Assembly (NCBI GenBank): GCA_963664225.1
Contig: OY760937.1
Coordinates: 4,000,001 to 4,064,000, forward strand
Direction of reading: 5' to 3'
Source: Verrucomicrobiia bacterium
GTDB lineage: Bacteria > Verrucomicrobiota > Verrucomicrobiia > Limisphaerales > UBA1319
Length of the DNA stretch: 64,000 nucleotides
Shown: positions 25,880 through 35,217 of the stretch, one piece after another
Layout: every line of letters starts with the position of its first letter
How positions within the stretch are numbered: position 1 is the first letter of the stretch
Translations under genes and position numbers: made by a program
Notes under the pieces: model-generated
Told to the model about the DNA's origin: nothing
Database searches by the model: none
What the model saw: the letters and a program-made list of their open reading frames with translations, nothing else

Positions 25880-26902
25880 TTATTGTCCTCCGCCAACCAG
25901 TTTATTTGGGCGTGTCCAAAACGTGAATCGGTCGGCGAGGGCCGGGGCCAGGCCGCGTGGAAAATAGATCAGCGTGCAGACCAAAAGCAGTCCATAGAGC
26001 AGTTGCTCGTAGCGGGCAATTTCAGTAATGCCCATTTTTCCACCCAGGGTTGTGATGCCCTCATGCAGCAGCGTCATTACCATGGCGCCCAATATGCCCC
26101 CCCAGACGTTTCCCATGCCGCCCACCACCGCCATGGTGATGAGGCTGATCGAAAACATGAGGCCGAATTCTTCCGGCCCCAAGTACGATGGGGTATAGAC
26201 AAAAGCGTAGAGGACGCCGCCCAATGCAGCCAGCACTCCGGAGGCGGTGAACACCTTGAGTTTTAATTGAAACACCGGCACTCCCAATGAGGCGGCCGCG
26301 TCTTCATCTCCGTCGATCGCCTTGAGCGCACGGCCCACAGGGGAGACGGTTAGAAATAACGCCCACAAAAGGACCAGCCAGACGACAAACCAGATGAAGT
26401 ATGCCTTGGCCAGCGGGCGACCCGTTAAAAGACCGAAGAGGCTGAATTCAGGCAGGTCATAAAGCCCGGCCGCGCCACCGGTGATTTTGGATTTGGTGAT
26501 GAATTCCGAGACGATGACTCCCAGGCACAGCGTGGCCAGCGCCAGGTGATGCCCTTTGAGCCGCAGCACCATGCATCCGGAGGCATAGGCCATCGCGCCG
26601 CCCGCCACCAAGGCCATCGGCGCCGCCAGCCAGACCGGCATGCCCATGCTGGCGCAGCAGACCGCTCCGAAATAGGCGCCGAATCCGTAAAACCCCGCGT
26701 GCCCCAATGATACTTGCCCCGTGAATCCCATCAGCAATGTGAGTCCGGTGACGATGATGGCGTAGATACCGCAGAGTTGGAGCAGGGGCAGCAGGTAGGC
26801 ATAGCCGCCCCGCGCCAGCAACGGCAGCAACAGGATCAATGCAAGCATCAGCGCCGGGCCGCGCATAAGCTCCCGGTAGGTGGATGGAGTGGCGTGTTTC
26901 AA
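25880..26902 (-). CDS. livM: Branched-chain amino-acid ABC transporter permease (LivM-like), orphan
   Basis: GFTGQVSLGHAGFYGFGAY, LRLKGHHLALATL, SPVGRALKAI...AAASLGV, VVGGMG motifs; start (TTG) uncertain. Confidence 0.85.
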   Translation of the reverse strand: MKHATPSTYRELMRGPALMLALILLLPLLARGGYAYLLPLLQLCGIYAIIVTGLTLLMGFTGQVSLGHAGFYGFGAYFGAVCCASMGMPVWLAAPMALVAGGAMAYASGCMVLRLKGHHLALATLCLGVIVSEFITKSKITGGAAGLYDLPEFSLFGLLTGRPLAKAYFIWFVVWLVLLWALFLTVSPVGRALKAIDGDEDAAASLGVPVFQLKLKVFTASGVLAALGGVLYAFVYTPSYLGPEEFGLMFSISLITMAVVGGMGNVWGGILGAMVMTLLHEGITTLGGKMGITEIARYEQLLYGLLLVCTLIYFPRGLAPALADRFTFWTRPNKLVGGGQ

Positions 26903-27080
26903 AAGGATTTCCCGGTCATTACGACTTAAAGCCTGCCATGCCTGACTCTTCAGATCGTTTCATCCGATGGCAAAAATTGACGGTATGCGCCCAGTATTAA
27001 ATTGGCCTGTATGAACCTGGGTCTTTTTAAATAAACACCCTGCGTGCGTCGAGAGGAAAGCGGGAACTGGCTCCCTGCCT

Positions 27081-27380
27081 TTAATGGCGTCGCTGCCGAT
27101 CCCTGTTTCGAAGGTGTTTTGTCGCCGTGGGTTGACGGATTGACAGCCCAAGCCGTATGCATTCCTCGATCATTGTCTGCCTGTCGAATTCCCAGATCGG
27201 ATCGCCATTGGTCTCGATCACCCATTGGTTCCAGGGTGTCCGCCACAACCGCACCCTTGCGTCGCCTTCTCCGTTCTGGTCCAGAAGGATCATGAATTCC
27301 TCAGACTTTCCTTTGGCGGCGGCCCGTTTTCTGATTCCAATGGAATCGCTGTCTTTGCATTTTAATCGTGTTGTGATCAT
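27081..27380 (-). CDS. Hypothetical protein
   Basis: ATG-started 99-aa ORF filling an intergenic gap; protein-like core (VRLWRTPWNQWVIETNGDPIWEF); family not recognised. Confidence 0.45.
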   Translation of the reverse strand: MITTRLKCKDSDSIGIRKRAAAKGKSEEFMILLDQNGEGDARVRLWRTPWNQWVIETNGDPIWEFDRQTMIEECIRLGLSIRQPTATKHLRNRDRQRRH

Positions 27381-27491
27381 GTGACTTTTAACGTGGCATG
27401 ATCATAGTCCTCTAAAATGTGTCGCATCAAACTTTAAACGCGCCGTCCCTCCGGCGCCGTGGAATTGGTGGAATGCAATCTGGATGGGGAC

Positions 27492-27527
27492 AAAAAAACG
27501 CCGTCTGGCACGGGGCCGGACGGCGTT
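27492..27527 (-). terminator. Intrinsic terminator of hppA
   Basis: Minus strand AACGCCGTCCGGC-loop-GCCAGACGGCGTT followed by T tract. Confidence 0.75.
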
Positions 27528-27550
27528 GTGAAAACAACGTTTAAAGCGGG

Positions 27551-30001
27551 TTATTTACCGGCTTTGATGCTCTTTTCATCGGGAATACGCATTCCGTAGA
27601 AGGAGCGATAGACGAAGATCAAGGCGATCACGAAGAAGATGGCGCCGATGATCCGGGATTGCTGCTGCAATTTCTGTTTCTCCATTTCGACGGCGATCTC
27701 AACCGCCAGCAAGCCGAAGAGCGTGGTGAATTTGATCACCGGGTTCAACGCGACCGAGGAGGTGTCCTTGAAGGGATCGCCCACGGTGTCGCCCACGACT
27801 GTGGCCGCATGCAGATCGGTGCCCTTGGCGCGCATATCCACTTCGACGATCTTCTTCGCGTTATCCCAGGCGCCGCCGGCGTTGGCCATGAAGATGGCCT
27901 GGAACAGACCGAAGAAGGCGATGGCGATCAGGTAGCCAATGAAGAAATAGGCATTAAAGAAAGGCAATGCCAGCGAGAAGCAGAAGATCACGATAAAAAT
28001 GTTCCACATACCCTTTTGGGCATAGACCGTGCAGATACGCACGACTTCCTTGCTGTCCGCCAATGAGGCCTTCGCCGCATCGAGCTTGATGTGCTCTTTG
28101 ATATAAACAACCGCGCGGTAAGCGCCGGTGACCACCGCCTGGGTGGAGGCACCCGTGAACCAATAGATCACCGAGCCGCCCATGAGCAGGCCCAGGATGA
28201 TTTCCGGCTGCACGAGACTCAAACGGGGAATAACATCGCCGAAGACGTTTTCGAGGAGGATGATGATACCGAACACCATGGTGGTCGCGCCGACCACCGC
28301 GGTTCCGATGAGCACCGGTTTGGCTGTGGCCTTGAACGTGTTGCCCGCGCCGTCGCCCTTTTCGAGGAGGTGCTTGGCGTTATCAAAGTCAGGCTCAAAT
28401 CCGAAGTCCTTCTTGATCTCAGCCTTGATGTTCTTGATGCCTTCGATCTGGCTCAATTCATAAACCGATTGGGCGTTGTCCGTCACCGGCCCGAAGCTGT
28501 CCACCGCGATGGTTACAGGGCCCATGCCCAGGAAGCCGAAGGCCACCAGACCGAACGCGAAGATCGGCGCGGCGAAGGAGTATTTCGCGGGCATCAATGC
28601 CACCAGAACCGGGTTCTGTGAAAAATAATAGGAGGCCAACATCAGAATCATGATGGTCAGACCCTGCCAGAAGGCGGAGAAATTACCGGCCACAAACCCG
28701 GACAATACGTTCAGGGAGGCGCCACCGTGCTCGGAGCAATTGACGACTTCCTTCACATGGCGGGAATTGGTGCTGGTGAAGACCTTGGTGAACTCGGGGA
28801 TGATCGCGCCCGCCACCGTGCCGCAACTGATGATGCAGGAGAGGACCCACCAAAGATCAGCCATACCAGGGAGGTTGGCTAGCAACAGGTTGCTGGCCAC
28901 AAAGGTGATGACAATGGAAACAATTGAGGTCAGCCAGACCAAATGGGTCAACGGAGCCTCGAAATCGAAATCCTTCTTGCCGCCGTAAAGCGCCTTGCTG
29001 ATGATCTCGTTCACAAAGTAAGAGACCAGCGAGGTCACAATCATCAAACTGCGCATCACAAAGATCCAGATGATCAATTGGCCGCAGATCACGGGGCTGG
29101 CGGTAAGGGCCAGAGCCAGGAATGCCACCAAAGCCACGCCGGTCACTCCGTAGGTTTCGAAACCGTCCGCTGTCGGCCCGACGCTGTCACCCGCGTTGTC
29201 GCCGGTGCAGTCCGCAATGACACCCGGATTCTTGGGATCGTCTTCAGGAAGTTTGAACACGATCTTCATCAGGTCCGATCCGATGTCCGCAATCTTGGTG
29301 AAAATACCACCGCAAATGCGCAGGGCGCTGGCACCCAGGGATTCGCCAATCGCGAAGCCGATGAAGCAGGGGCCGACCAGGTCCGCTGGCAGACCCACCA
29401 AAATCAGGATCATGAAGCAGAGTTCCACGCACACGAGCAGCAAACCAACGCTCATGCCCGAGCGCAGCGGAATGCTTAACGTCAGAAGAGGATTGCCCTT
29501 GAGCGCGGAGAAGGCGGCGCGGGAATTGGCCCGGGTGTTAATCCGGATGCCGAACCAGGCCACACCGTAGGAACCCAGAATACCGAGGATCGAACAGGTC
29601 AGAATTACCGCCACGGTGCCAACGCTGTTTTTCTGCAATCCATAGAAATAATAGGTCATGCACGCCGCGATCAACACCCAGAGCACGGAAAGAAACCGGC
29701 CCTGCTGGAACAAATAGGTTTTGCAGGTCTCCCAGATGATGTCCGAGACATTCCTCATGGAGCTGTGCACGGGCAGTTTGTCTGTCTGGACATATTGCAC
29801 CAGCCCGAACAACGCACCCAGAGCGCAGATCGCCAGACCCAGGTACATCAACATCATTCCCGAGACTTGCGATCCGAGAATGTTAAAAGTGACTGAATGA
29901 AGGTCCGGTAGTTTAATGTCCGCTTCGCCCGCCATAGCGCAAGCAGCGCTGGCGCCTAAGAGCGTGAGCGTTCCCCACGTACGTGATTTGCCAAACAACA
30001 T
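27551..30001 (-). CDS. hppA: Membrane-bound ion-translocating pyrophosphatase (divergent, K+-independent type)
   Basis: Polytopic; GGIFTKIADIGSDLMK, EDDPKNPGVIADCTGDNAGD, DSFGPVTDNA, GNTFKA, ANAGGAWDNAKK, GDTVGDPFKDTS. Confidence 0.95.
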   Translation of the reverse strand: MLFGKSRTWGTLTLLGASAACAMAGEADIKLPDLHSVTFNILGSQVSGMMLMYLGLAICALGALFGLVQYVQTDKLPVHSSMRNVSDIIWETCKTYLFQQGRFLSVLWVLIAACMTYYFYGLQKNSVGTVAVILTCSILGILGSYGVAWFGIRINTRANSRAAFSALKGNPLLTLSIPLRSGMSVGLLLVCVELCFMILILVGLPADLVGPCFIGFAIGESLGASALRICGGIFTKIADIGSDLMKIVFKLPEDDPKNPGVIADCTGDNAGDSVGPTADGFETYGVTGVALVAFLALALTASPVICGQLIIWIFVMRSLMIVTSLVSYFVNEIISKALYGGKKDFDFEAPLTHLVWLTSIVSIVITFVASNLLLANLPGMADLWWVLSCIISCGTVAGAIIPEFTKVFTSTNSRHVKEVVNCSEHGGASLNVLSGFVAGNFSAFWQGLTIMILMLASYYFSQNPVLVALMPAKYSFAAPIFAFGLVAFGFLGMGPVTIAVDSFGPVTDNAQSVYELSQIEGIKNIKAEIKKDFGFEPDFDNAKHLLEKGDGAGNTFKATAKPVLIGTAVVGATTMVFGIIILLENVFGDVIPRLSLVQPEIILGLLMGGSVIYWFTGASTQAVVTGAYRAVVYIKEHIKLDAAKASLADSKEVVRICTVYAQKGMWNIFIVIFCFSLALPFFNAYFFIGYLIAIAFFGLFQAIFMANAGGAWDNAKKIVEVDMRAKGTDLHAATVVGDTVGDPFKDTSSVALNPVIKFTTLFGLLAVEIAVEMEKQKLQQQSRIIGAIFFVIALIFVYRSFYGMRIPDEKSIKAGK

Positions 30002-30076
30002 ATTTGTGTTTATTATTGTGTACTGTTATATTCTAAACCCGGTCAAAACCCGAAAGTTTAAAAAACTGAAGTATAG

Positions 30077-30105
30077 GCTATAAAGAAACGGCTGAATGGT
30101 GTCAA
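30077..30105 (-). promoter_or_regulatory. Candidate sigma70 promoter for hppA
   Basis: Minus strand TTGACA-N17-TATAGC, about 75 nt upstream of the ATG. Confidence 0.4.
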
Positions 30106-30285
30106 GCCGATACCCCTTTTCTGCGCTTTTTAGGGAATTGGGAAAGAATGTCCATTTTAGGGGAAAATTCGGACATTCTCCCATTTAGTCTCACTCTTAC
30201 CGCCTCAATTGTATTGCTTTACATCACAATCGGCCTCGCAACTCTGGATAATTGCGGAACGTGGTGGTCGATATGATCGAATCTT

Positions 30286-31398
30286 TCAGAAAGCCTCTTT
30301 CAGCAACGGCAGCCGGATTTGGAATATGGCGCCCCGGCCTGTTTCCTCCCGGGTCGAAATGCTGCCTTTGTGGTCCTGGATGATGCGCTGGCAGATCGAC
30401 AGGCCCAATCCGGTGCCTTGAGCTTTGCCATAGGTTGCGAAGGGCTGGAACAGGCGTTGGCGAATTTCCGGGGCGATTCCGGGCCCTTCATCCTCGATTT
30501 CCGTGATCAAATAGCCCGTAACGATGAGAAACCGCAGGGTAATCCTGCCGCCTCCGGGCATGGCATCCATGGCATTATTAATGAGGTTATGGATCGCATG
30601 GGAGAAACGTCGTGGGTCGAGTAACACGCGCAGATCGGGCGGGGGACTCTCAAAATCGATGAAAACGGAGCGCTGGCTGGCATCGGGCCGGATTTCCTCA
30701 AGCAACTGGTTGATAAACAATGGGTAATGGACGGGCGATAGCACGTTGTTGGTTTGCGCGCCACGCGTGAACTCCAGCAGTTCGTTGATCATGTCCGTCA
30801 ACCGGGCGACCTGGTGATTGATGCGCCTCTGGGCGAGACGGCGCATTTCAGGAGTGGCCTGCTCCGTGGCGACAAGGTCCGCCGCCAGGTTGATGATGGC
30901 CAAAGGATTTTTGAAATCATGAACAATGGAGCGGGCAAAGCGGCCCACCAGGGCCAGGCGCTCGGCTTGAAGGAGTTCCTGGACATATTGGCGGTCGAAT
31001 TCGCGCAAACGCCGACTGAACTCGCGGACCAGGGTGAAGGCCAGCAGGGGGGATCGCGCCAGGGCCTTCAACAAACCTTCCCGGGGAATGAACCACAAGG
31101 CGCAAAGCTCCTCGGCAATGGCTGTGGCGGATCGGTTGCCGTCGTCCAGAACCGCCATTTCTCCGAAATATTCGCCGGGTCCCAGATGGGAAAGCCATTG
31201 CGGGGATTCCTGTCCGGGGACCGTGGCGCAAATGCCAACTCTTCCATGAGCCACGACGAACATGCCATCACCGGGATCGCCTTCGCGAAATATGGCCTCC
31301 TGGGCGGCCACCTGCCTGAAAGTGCTGATGGCGATGACGGACGCCATTTCCGCAGGAGCCAACCCTTGAAACAGCCGGGCATGTTCAAGACCAACCAT
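30286..31398 (-). CDS. Cytoplasmic histidine kinase with N-terminal cyclic-nucleotide-binding domain
   Basis: IFREGDPGDGMFVV..G.V...GEYFGEMAVLD...RSATAIA (cNMP domain); H-box VHDFKNPL; N-box NLINNAMDAM; G boxes DEGPGI, GTGLGL. Confidence 0.9.
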   Translation of the reverse strand: MVGLEHARLFQGLAPAEMASVIAISTFRQVAAQEAIFREGDPGDGMFVVAHGRVGICATVPGQESPQWLSHLGPGEYFGEMAVLDDGNRSATAIAEELCALWFIPREGLLKALARSPLLAFTLVREFSRRLREFDRQYVQELLQAERLALVGRFARSIVHDFKNPLAIINLAADLVATEQATPEMRRLAQRRINHQVARLTDMINELLEFTRGAQTNNVLSPVHYPLFINQLLEEIRPDASQRSVFIDFESPPPDLRVLLDPRRFSHAIHNLINNAMDAMPGGGRITLRFLIVTGYLITEIEDEGPGIAPEIRQRLFQPFATYGKAQGTGLGLSICQRIIQDHKGSISTREETGRGAIFQIRLPLLKEAF

Positions 31399-31526
31399 TC
31401 GCGTAGCATAATCGTTTGAGCCTCCTCCGTAAAGGACGAAAATCCAGAGCGTTTGACGGCGTAAAAAGGCTTTTCTTGGACTGCGGAAACGCATAGGTTT
31501 TGCGCGAACCACATTTAAGAACGCAT

Positions 31527-32423
31527 ATGAAATTACAACGTCGCGACTTTTTCAAAATGTCCGCCATGGCCGGCGCCGCTCTGGCCGCCCTGCCTCAAAC
31601 CGTCAAAGCCTTCACACTGCCCGATCCGCAACCGGCCGCCCAATTGAATCTCTCCTGCCAGGAAGGTGTGGCTCCCGGCAAAACACTGACTGAGAAACTC
31701 GATTTCATGGAAGCCAACGGGTTCGTGGGTTTTGAACCCGGCGGCGGCAATCTTGGAAAACGTGTGGAAGAGATCAAGAAGGCCCTGGAAGGCCGCAAGA
31801 TCAAGGTGAGCGCCATTTGCGCGGGCTTCAGCGGGGTCATCATTTCTGAAAAGGAAGAGGAACGCCAAAAGGCGATGGACTCCATGAAGGAGATCCTGAC
31901 CGCGGCCGGAGCGCTGGGCTCCACCGGCTTGATCATCGTGCCCGCGTTCAATGGTCAGACCAAGATGGGTCACCAGGAAGGGCGCGAACTGCTCGTGAAA
32001 CTCCTGGCTGAATTGGGCGACCATGCCGATAAGGCCGGAACGCGCATTCTGCTCGAACCGCTGAACCGTCGCGAATGTCATTTCCTGCGCCAGTTGGCCG
32101 ATGCCGCCGCCATTTGCCGCGATGTGAACAGCCCCGGCATTTGCCTGATGGGCGATTTCTGGCACATGACCTGGGAGGAAACCAGCGACATGGGTGCCTT
32201 TATCTCCGCGGGCAAATACCTCCACCATGTTCATATCGCCAGCCGCAAGAACCGCCAGATGCCCGGCGAGGATGAAGGGGATAATTATGTGGATGGCTTC
32301 AAGGGCTTGAAGATTATCGGCTACCATGACTACGTGAGCCTTGAATGCGGTTCCAAGGGGGATCGCACGAAGACCATCCCCGCCGCAGTCAAATTGATGA
32401 AGGATAACTGGCAGGCCGCCTGA
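31527..32423 (+). CDS. Tat-exported sugar-phosphate isomerase/epimerase-like TIM-barrel protein (AP2 endonuclease fold)
   Basis: Twin-arginine signal QRRDFFK; LLEPLNRRE, GDFWHM, HVHIA, SLEC metal-binding motifs. Confidence 0.85.
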   Translation: MKLQRRDFFKMSAMAGAALAALPQTVKAFTLPDPQPAAQLNLSCQEGVAPGKTLTEKLDFMEANGFVGFEPGGGNLGKRVEEIKKALEGRKIKVSAICAGFSGVIISEKEEERQKAMDSMKEILTAAGALGSTGLIIVPAFNGQTKMGHQEGRELLVKLLAELGDHADKAGTRILLEPLNRRECHFLRQLADAAAICRDVNSPGICLMGDFWHMTWEETSDMGAFISAGKYLHHVHIASRKNRQMPGEDEGDNYVDGFKGLKIIGYHDYVSLECGSKGDRTKTIPAAVKLMKDNWQAA

Positions 32424-32449
32424 TCGAGGATTTAATCCGTTTTTAGTGC

Positions 32450-32482
32450 AAAAGCGTCTCCGTAATTGGAGGCGCTTTTTTT
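32450..32482 (+). terminator. Intrinsic terminator
   Basis: AAAAGCGTCTCC-GTAATT-GGAGGCGCTTTTTTT. Confidence 0.8.
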
Positions 32483-32643
32483 GGCGTGAACCGCAGAAGA
32501 AGGGGCGGAATTGGAGTGAGAGTAATGTCTCGCTTAGGGGGGCGGTTTTGGGGTATTGTTGGTTAAGCCAGCCGTTGGCAGGCCGACTTATATTCGATGG
32601 TTAAGGCGATGAGAATTGTTAGTTGAAGATGGTAGGAAACACC

Positions 32644-33012
32644 ATGAAATCCCCGCGAAAACCGAGTTTGTTCATGAAAGCAATCATGGCTTTGGCGGTA
32701 TTTGTCGTGGTTTTCAGAGTGACTTTTCACTTTACCCCAGAAGGACGTCGTATGGCCAGGATTCATGCGGCCGGAGTTCATGCTGAGAAAGTGGTAGATC
32801 CATTGCTGGCCAAACAGATCAGGTTTGAAAGTGTCAGAGCGAATGGGTCCTGGAGGGGGCAAGGGTATCTTCTAGTGGATGGTGTTGTCGATACCGAGGC
32901 TGACTTGAAAGATTTGAAGCAATTGATATCGGACACGCATCCACCCGCGCCTGTCGATTGGGCTGTAATAGTTGTAGAACAAGCCACAAACAAGAGCAGG
33001 TTGAAACGATGA
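32644..33012 (+). CDS. Hypothetical membrane-anchored protein (possibly BON-like)
   Basis: N-terminal TM; YLLVDGVVDTEADLKDLKQLI resembles the BON beta-alpha pattern. Confidence 0.55.
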   Translation: MKSPRKPSLFMKAIMALAVFVVVFRVTFHFTPEGRRMARIHAAGVHAEKVVDPLLAKQIRFESVRANGSWRGQGYLLVDGVVDTEADLKDLKQLISDTHPPAPVDWAVIVVEQATNKSRLKR

Positions 33013-33030
33013 TCTTATCAAACACAAGAA

Positions 33031-33327
33031 GTGCTCGCGCTATTCCGGTCCCGCAGGTTTTGGATTTGGTTCGTGTTGGCATGGCGGCCAGCCCTCTGTG
33101 CGATTGGTTATAGGGCGTGGGTTGGTTGCTCTATCGACTCCATCTTTGGAAGTGCGTTTCTTTCTGCGGGATTCGCTGCGATCCTTGTGCAGTCATTTCT
33201 GAGGCGGATGGTGATTTCAAATCTTGGCGTGTATCTACGAGAGTGGGAGCCGATCCGCTTTTGGTTGACCAATCTCCTGCTTATGGGGGGATATTGTTTT
33301 GTGATTTTTGCGATATTGAAAGCATGA
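33031..33327 (+). CDS. Hypothetical small membrane protein
   Basis: GTG-started, three hydrophobic segments; REWEPIRFW motif before the last TM. Confidence 0.45.
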   Translation: MLALFRSRRFWIWFVLAWRPALCAIGYRAWVGCSIDSIFGSAFLSAGFAAILVQSFLRRMVISNLGVYLREWEPIRFWLTNLLLMGGYCFVIFAILKA

Positions 33328-33639
33328 GATCGCTATGTTTCGAACCAGGGCCGAAGGATGGTTCGCGCCGTTGGCGCTTGTGGTGTTTTGGAATAACGTT
33401 TTCCTGGGCCTTTGGCCCTGTTGGTTAAAATGTGCTCTCATTTTTCACGCGGACGACGACCTTTGACCACGGAGCGTTCGATTCCGTAATCCTTTCTGCT
33501 ATTCGCTAGACTCGAAATGGGCAAGCGTCAGTCCAACAAAACGCCCCCCCTCACCATTCCTCAGTCCGTCATCAAATTGCGCCTCAACCGGTCAACAAAA
33601 AGAATTGTCGGAAGGGTTGGGTCACGGCAAACTGTGGGC

Positions 33640-34965
33640 ATGATGCGGCAGGTTAATTTAGGAATGATTGGCGGGGGCACTGTGGGCAGCGGCGTTTACA
33701 AGGCGCTGCACCACAATGGGAGCCTTATGGCGTCGCGTATTGGCGTGCGGGTGAATCTTCGCAAGGTGGCGGTCAAGGCGTTTGATGAACCGCGGCCCTA
33801 TCCCATTCCGCAGGAAGTCATGTCCACGGACTGGCGTAGCGTGGTCAATGATCCGGAGGTGCATATTGTGGCCGAACTCGCCGGGGGCACCACGATCGCG
33901 CGGGAGATGATTTTGACGGCGCTGCGGTTGGGCAAACCGGTGGTCACCGCCAACAAGGCGTTGCTTTCCGCCCACGGCGAGGAATTGTTCGCGGCGGCGC
34001 AGGAGCACGGGACGAATTTGTATTATGAGGCGAGCGTGGCCGGGGGCATCCCGATCATCAAAGCGGTGAGGGAGGGTTTCGTGGGAAACCGGATCACGCA
34101 CCTTTATGGAATCGTCAACGGCACCTGCAATTACATCCTGACCCGCATGAAATTGGAGGGGGTGGAGTTTGCCGATGTGCTCAAGGAGGCGCAGAAGCTT
34201 GGATACGCGGAGGCGGAACCCTCGCTGGACGTGGATGGCTTCGATTCGATGCACAAGATCGGGATTCTGGCCTCGCTGGCGCATGGTTTTTGGGTGAACC
34301 CCAAGTCCATTATGGTGGAGGGCATCCGGCACATCAGCCGCACGGATATTCAATTTGCCGGCCAGCTTGGATATACGATCAAGCTGCTGGGGATCATCAA
34401 GAAGGTTGCCTCGAAGGCCCAGGGCGGCAAGGGATCGCGCATCCAGGTGGCGGTGTATCCGGCGCTGATTCCCTCGAGCCATGTTCTGGCCAATGTGAAT
34501 CATGTGTTCAATGCGGTCTTCGTTCGCGGCGACGTCGTGGGCGACACTTTGTTTTATGGCAAAGGCGCGGGCATGGACGCCACGGCAAGCGCGGTGCTCA
34601 GCGACCTGGCCGATGCGGCGCTGGATTTGGATCAGGGAACCAAGCGACGCATTCCGCCCTTTGTGCCGCATGAACGCGAGGGTTCGGTGGCGCCCATTGA
34701 GGAGGCTGTGAGCCGTTATTATCTCCGCCTGAGCGTGGAGGATCGTCCGGGTGTTCTGGCGCAGATCGCCTCCATTCTGGGCGAATTGAATATCGGTATT
34801 TCCTCTGTGATTCAGCCCGAGAATCGCGAAAGCGGCGGTGTGCCGTTGATTTTGATGATGCACAGCGCACCGGATGCGGCCATGTCGCAGGCGCTGAAGA
34901 AGATCGGCGCCCTGTCGGTGGTGAAAGCGCCACCCGCCATGATCCGAGTTGAGAATATCGAGTAG
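33640..34965 (+). CDS. hom: Homoserine dehydrogenase with C-terminal ACT domain
   Basis: GMIGGGTVGSG, VVTANKA, YEASVAGGIPII, NGTCNYIL, GYAEAEPSLDVDGFD, ACT EDRPGVLAQIASIL. Confidence 0.95.
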   Translation: MMRQVNLGMIGGGTVGSGVYKALHHNGSLMASRIGVRVNLRKVAVKAFDEPRPYPIPQEVMSTDWRSVVNDPEVHIVAELAGGTTIAREMILTALRLGKPVVTANKALLSAHGEELFAAAQEHGTNLYYEASVAGGIPIIKAVREGFVGNRITHLYGIVNGTCNYILTRMKLEGVEFADVLKEAQKLGYAEAEPSLDVDGFDSMHKIGILASLAHGFWVNPKSIMVEGIRHISRTDIQFAGQLGYTIKLLGIIKKVASKAQGGKGSRIQVAVYPALIPSSHVLANVNHVFNAVFVRGDVVGDTLFYGKGAGMDATASAVLSDLADAALDLDQGTKRRIPPFVPHEREGSVAPIEEAVSRYYLRLSVEDRPGVLAQIASILGELNIGISSVIQPENRESGGVPLILMMHSAPDAAMSQALKKIGALSVVKAPPAMIRVENIE

Positions 34966-34992
34966 GCCAGGAACCGCTTTCCTGCGAGTGCC

Positions 34993-35028
34993 TTGGACTC
35001 GGCGCTTCGGCGTCGGGTCCAAATTTTT
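34993..35028 (+). terminator. Intrinsic terminator after hom
   Basis: TTGGACTCGGCGC-TTCG-GCGTCGGGTCCAA then ATTTTT (cUUCGg loop). Confidence 0.65.
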
Positions 35029-35217
35029 GTTGATGCGCGACGACGGACGCACTAAAAGAACCTCCCATTACGGTTGTTAGCCCGCAAAGCTTCATTAATT
35101 GGCGGCCCGCGAATAATTCAACGCGGTAAGCTTTCGCCTGAGCGTTCCCGGCAATCAAACCCAGGAGAACACCACAGGTTGCCATGGGATAACAGCCAAT
35201 GGATTGTGACGGATCAG

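Noticed and set aside
33440..33640. Riboswitch or attenuator upstream of hom (and upstream of lysC, 38240-38406)
   Set aside because: No SAM, lysine or T-box consensus and no Thr/Ile-rich leader peptide recognised
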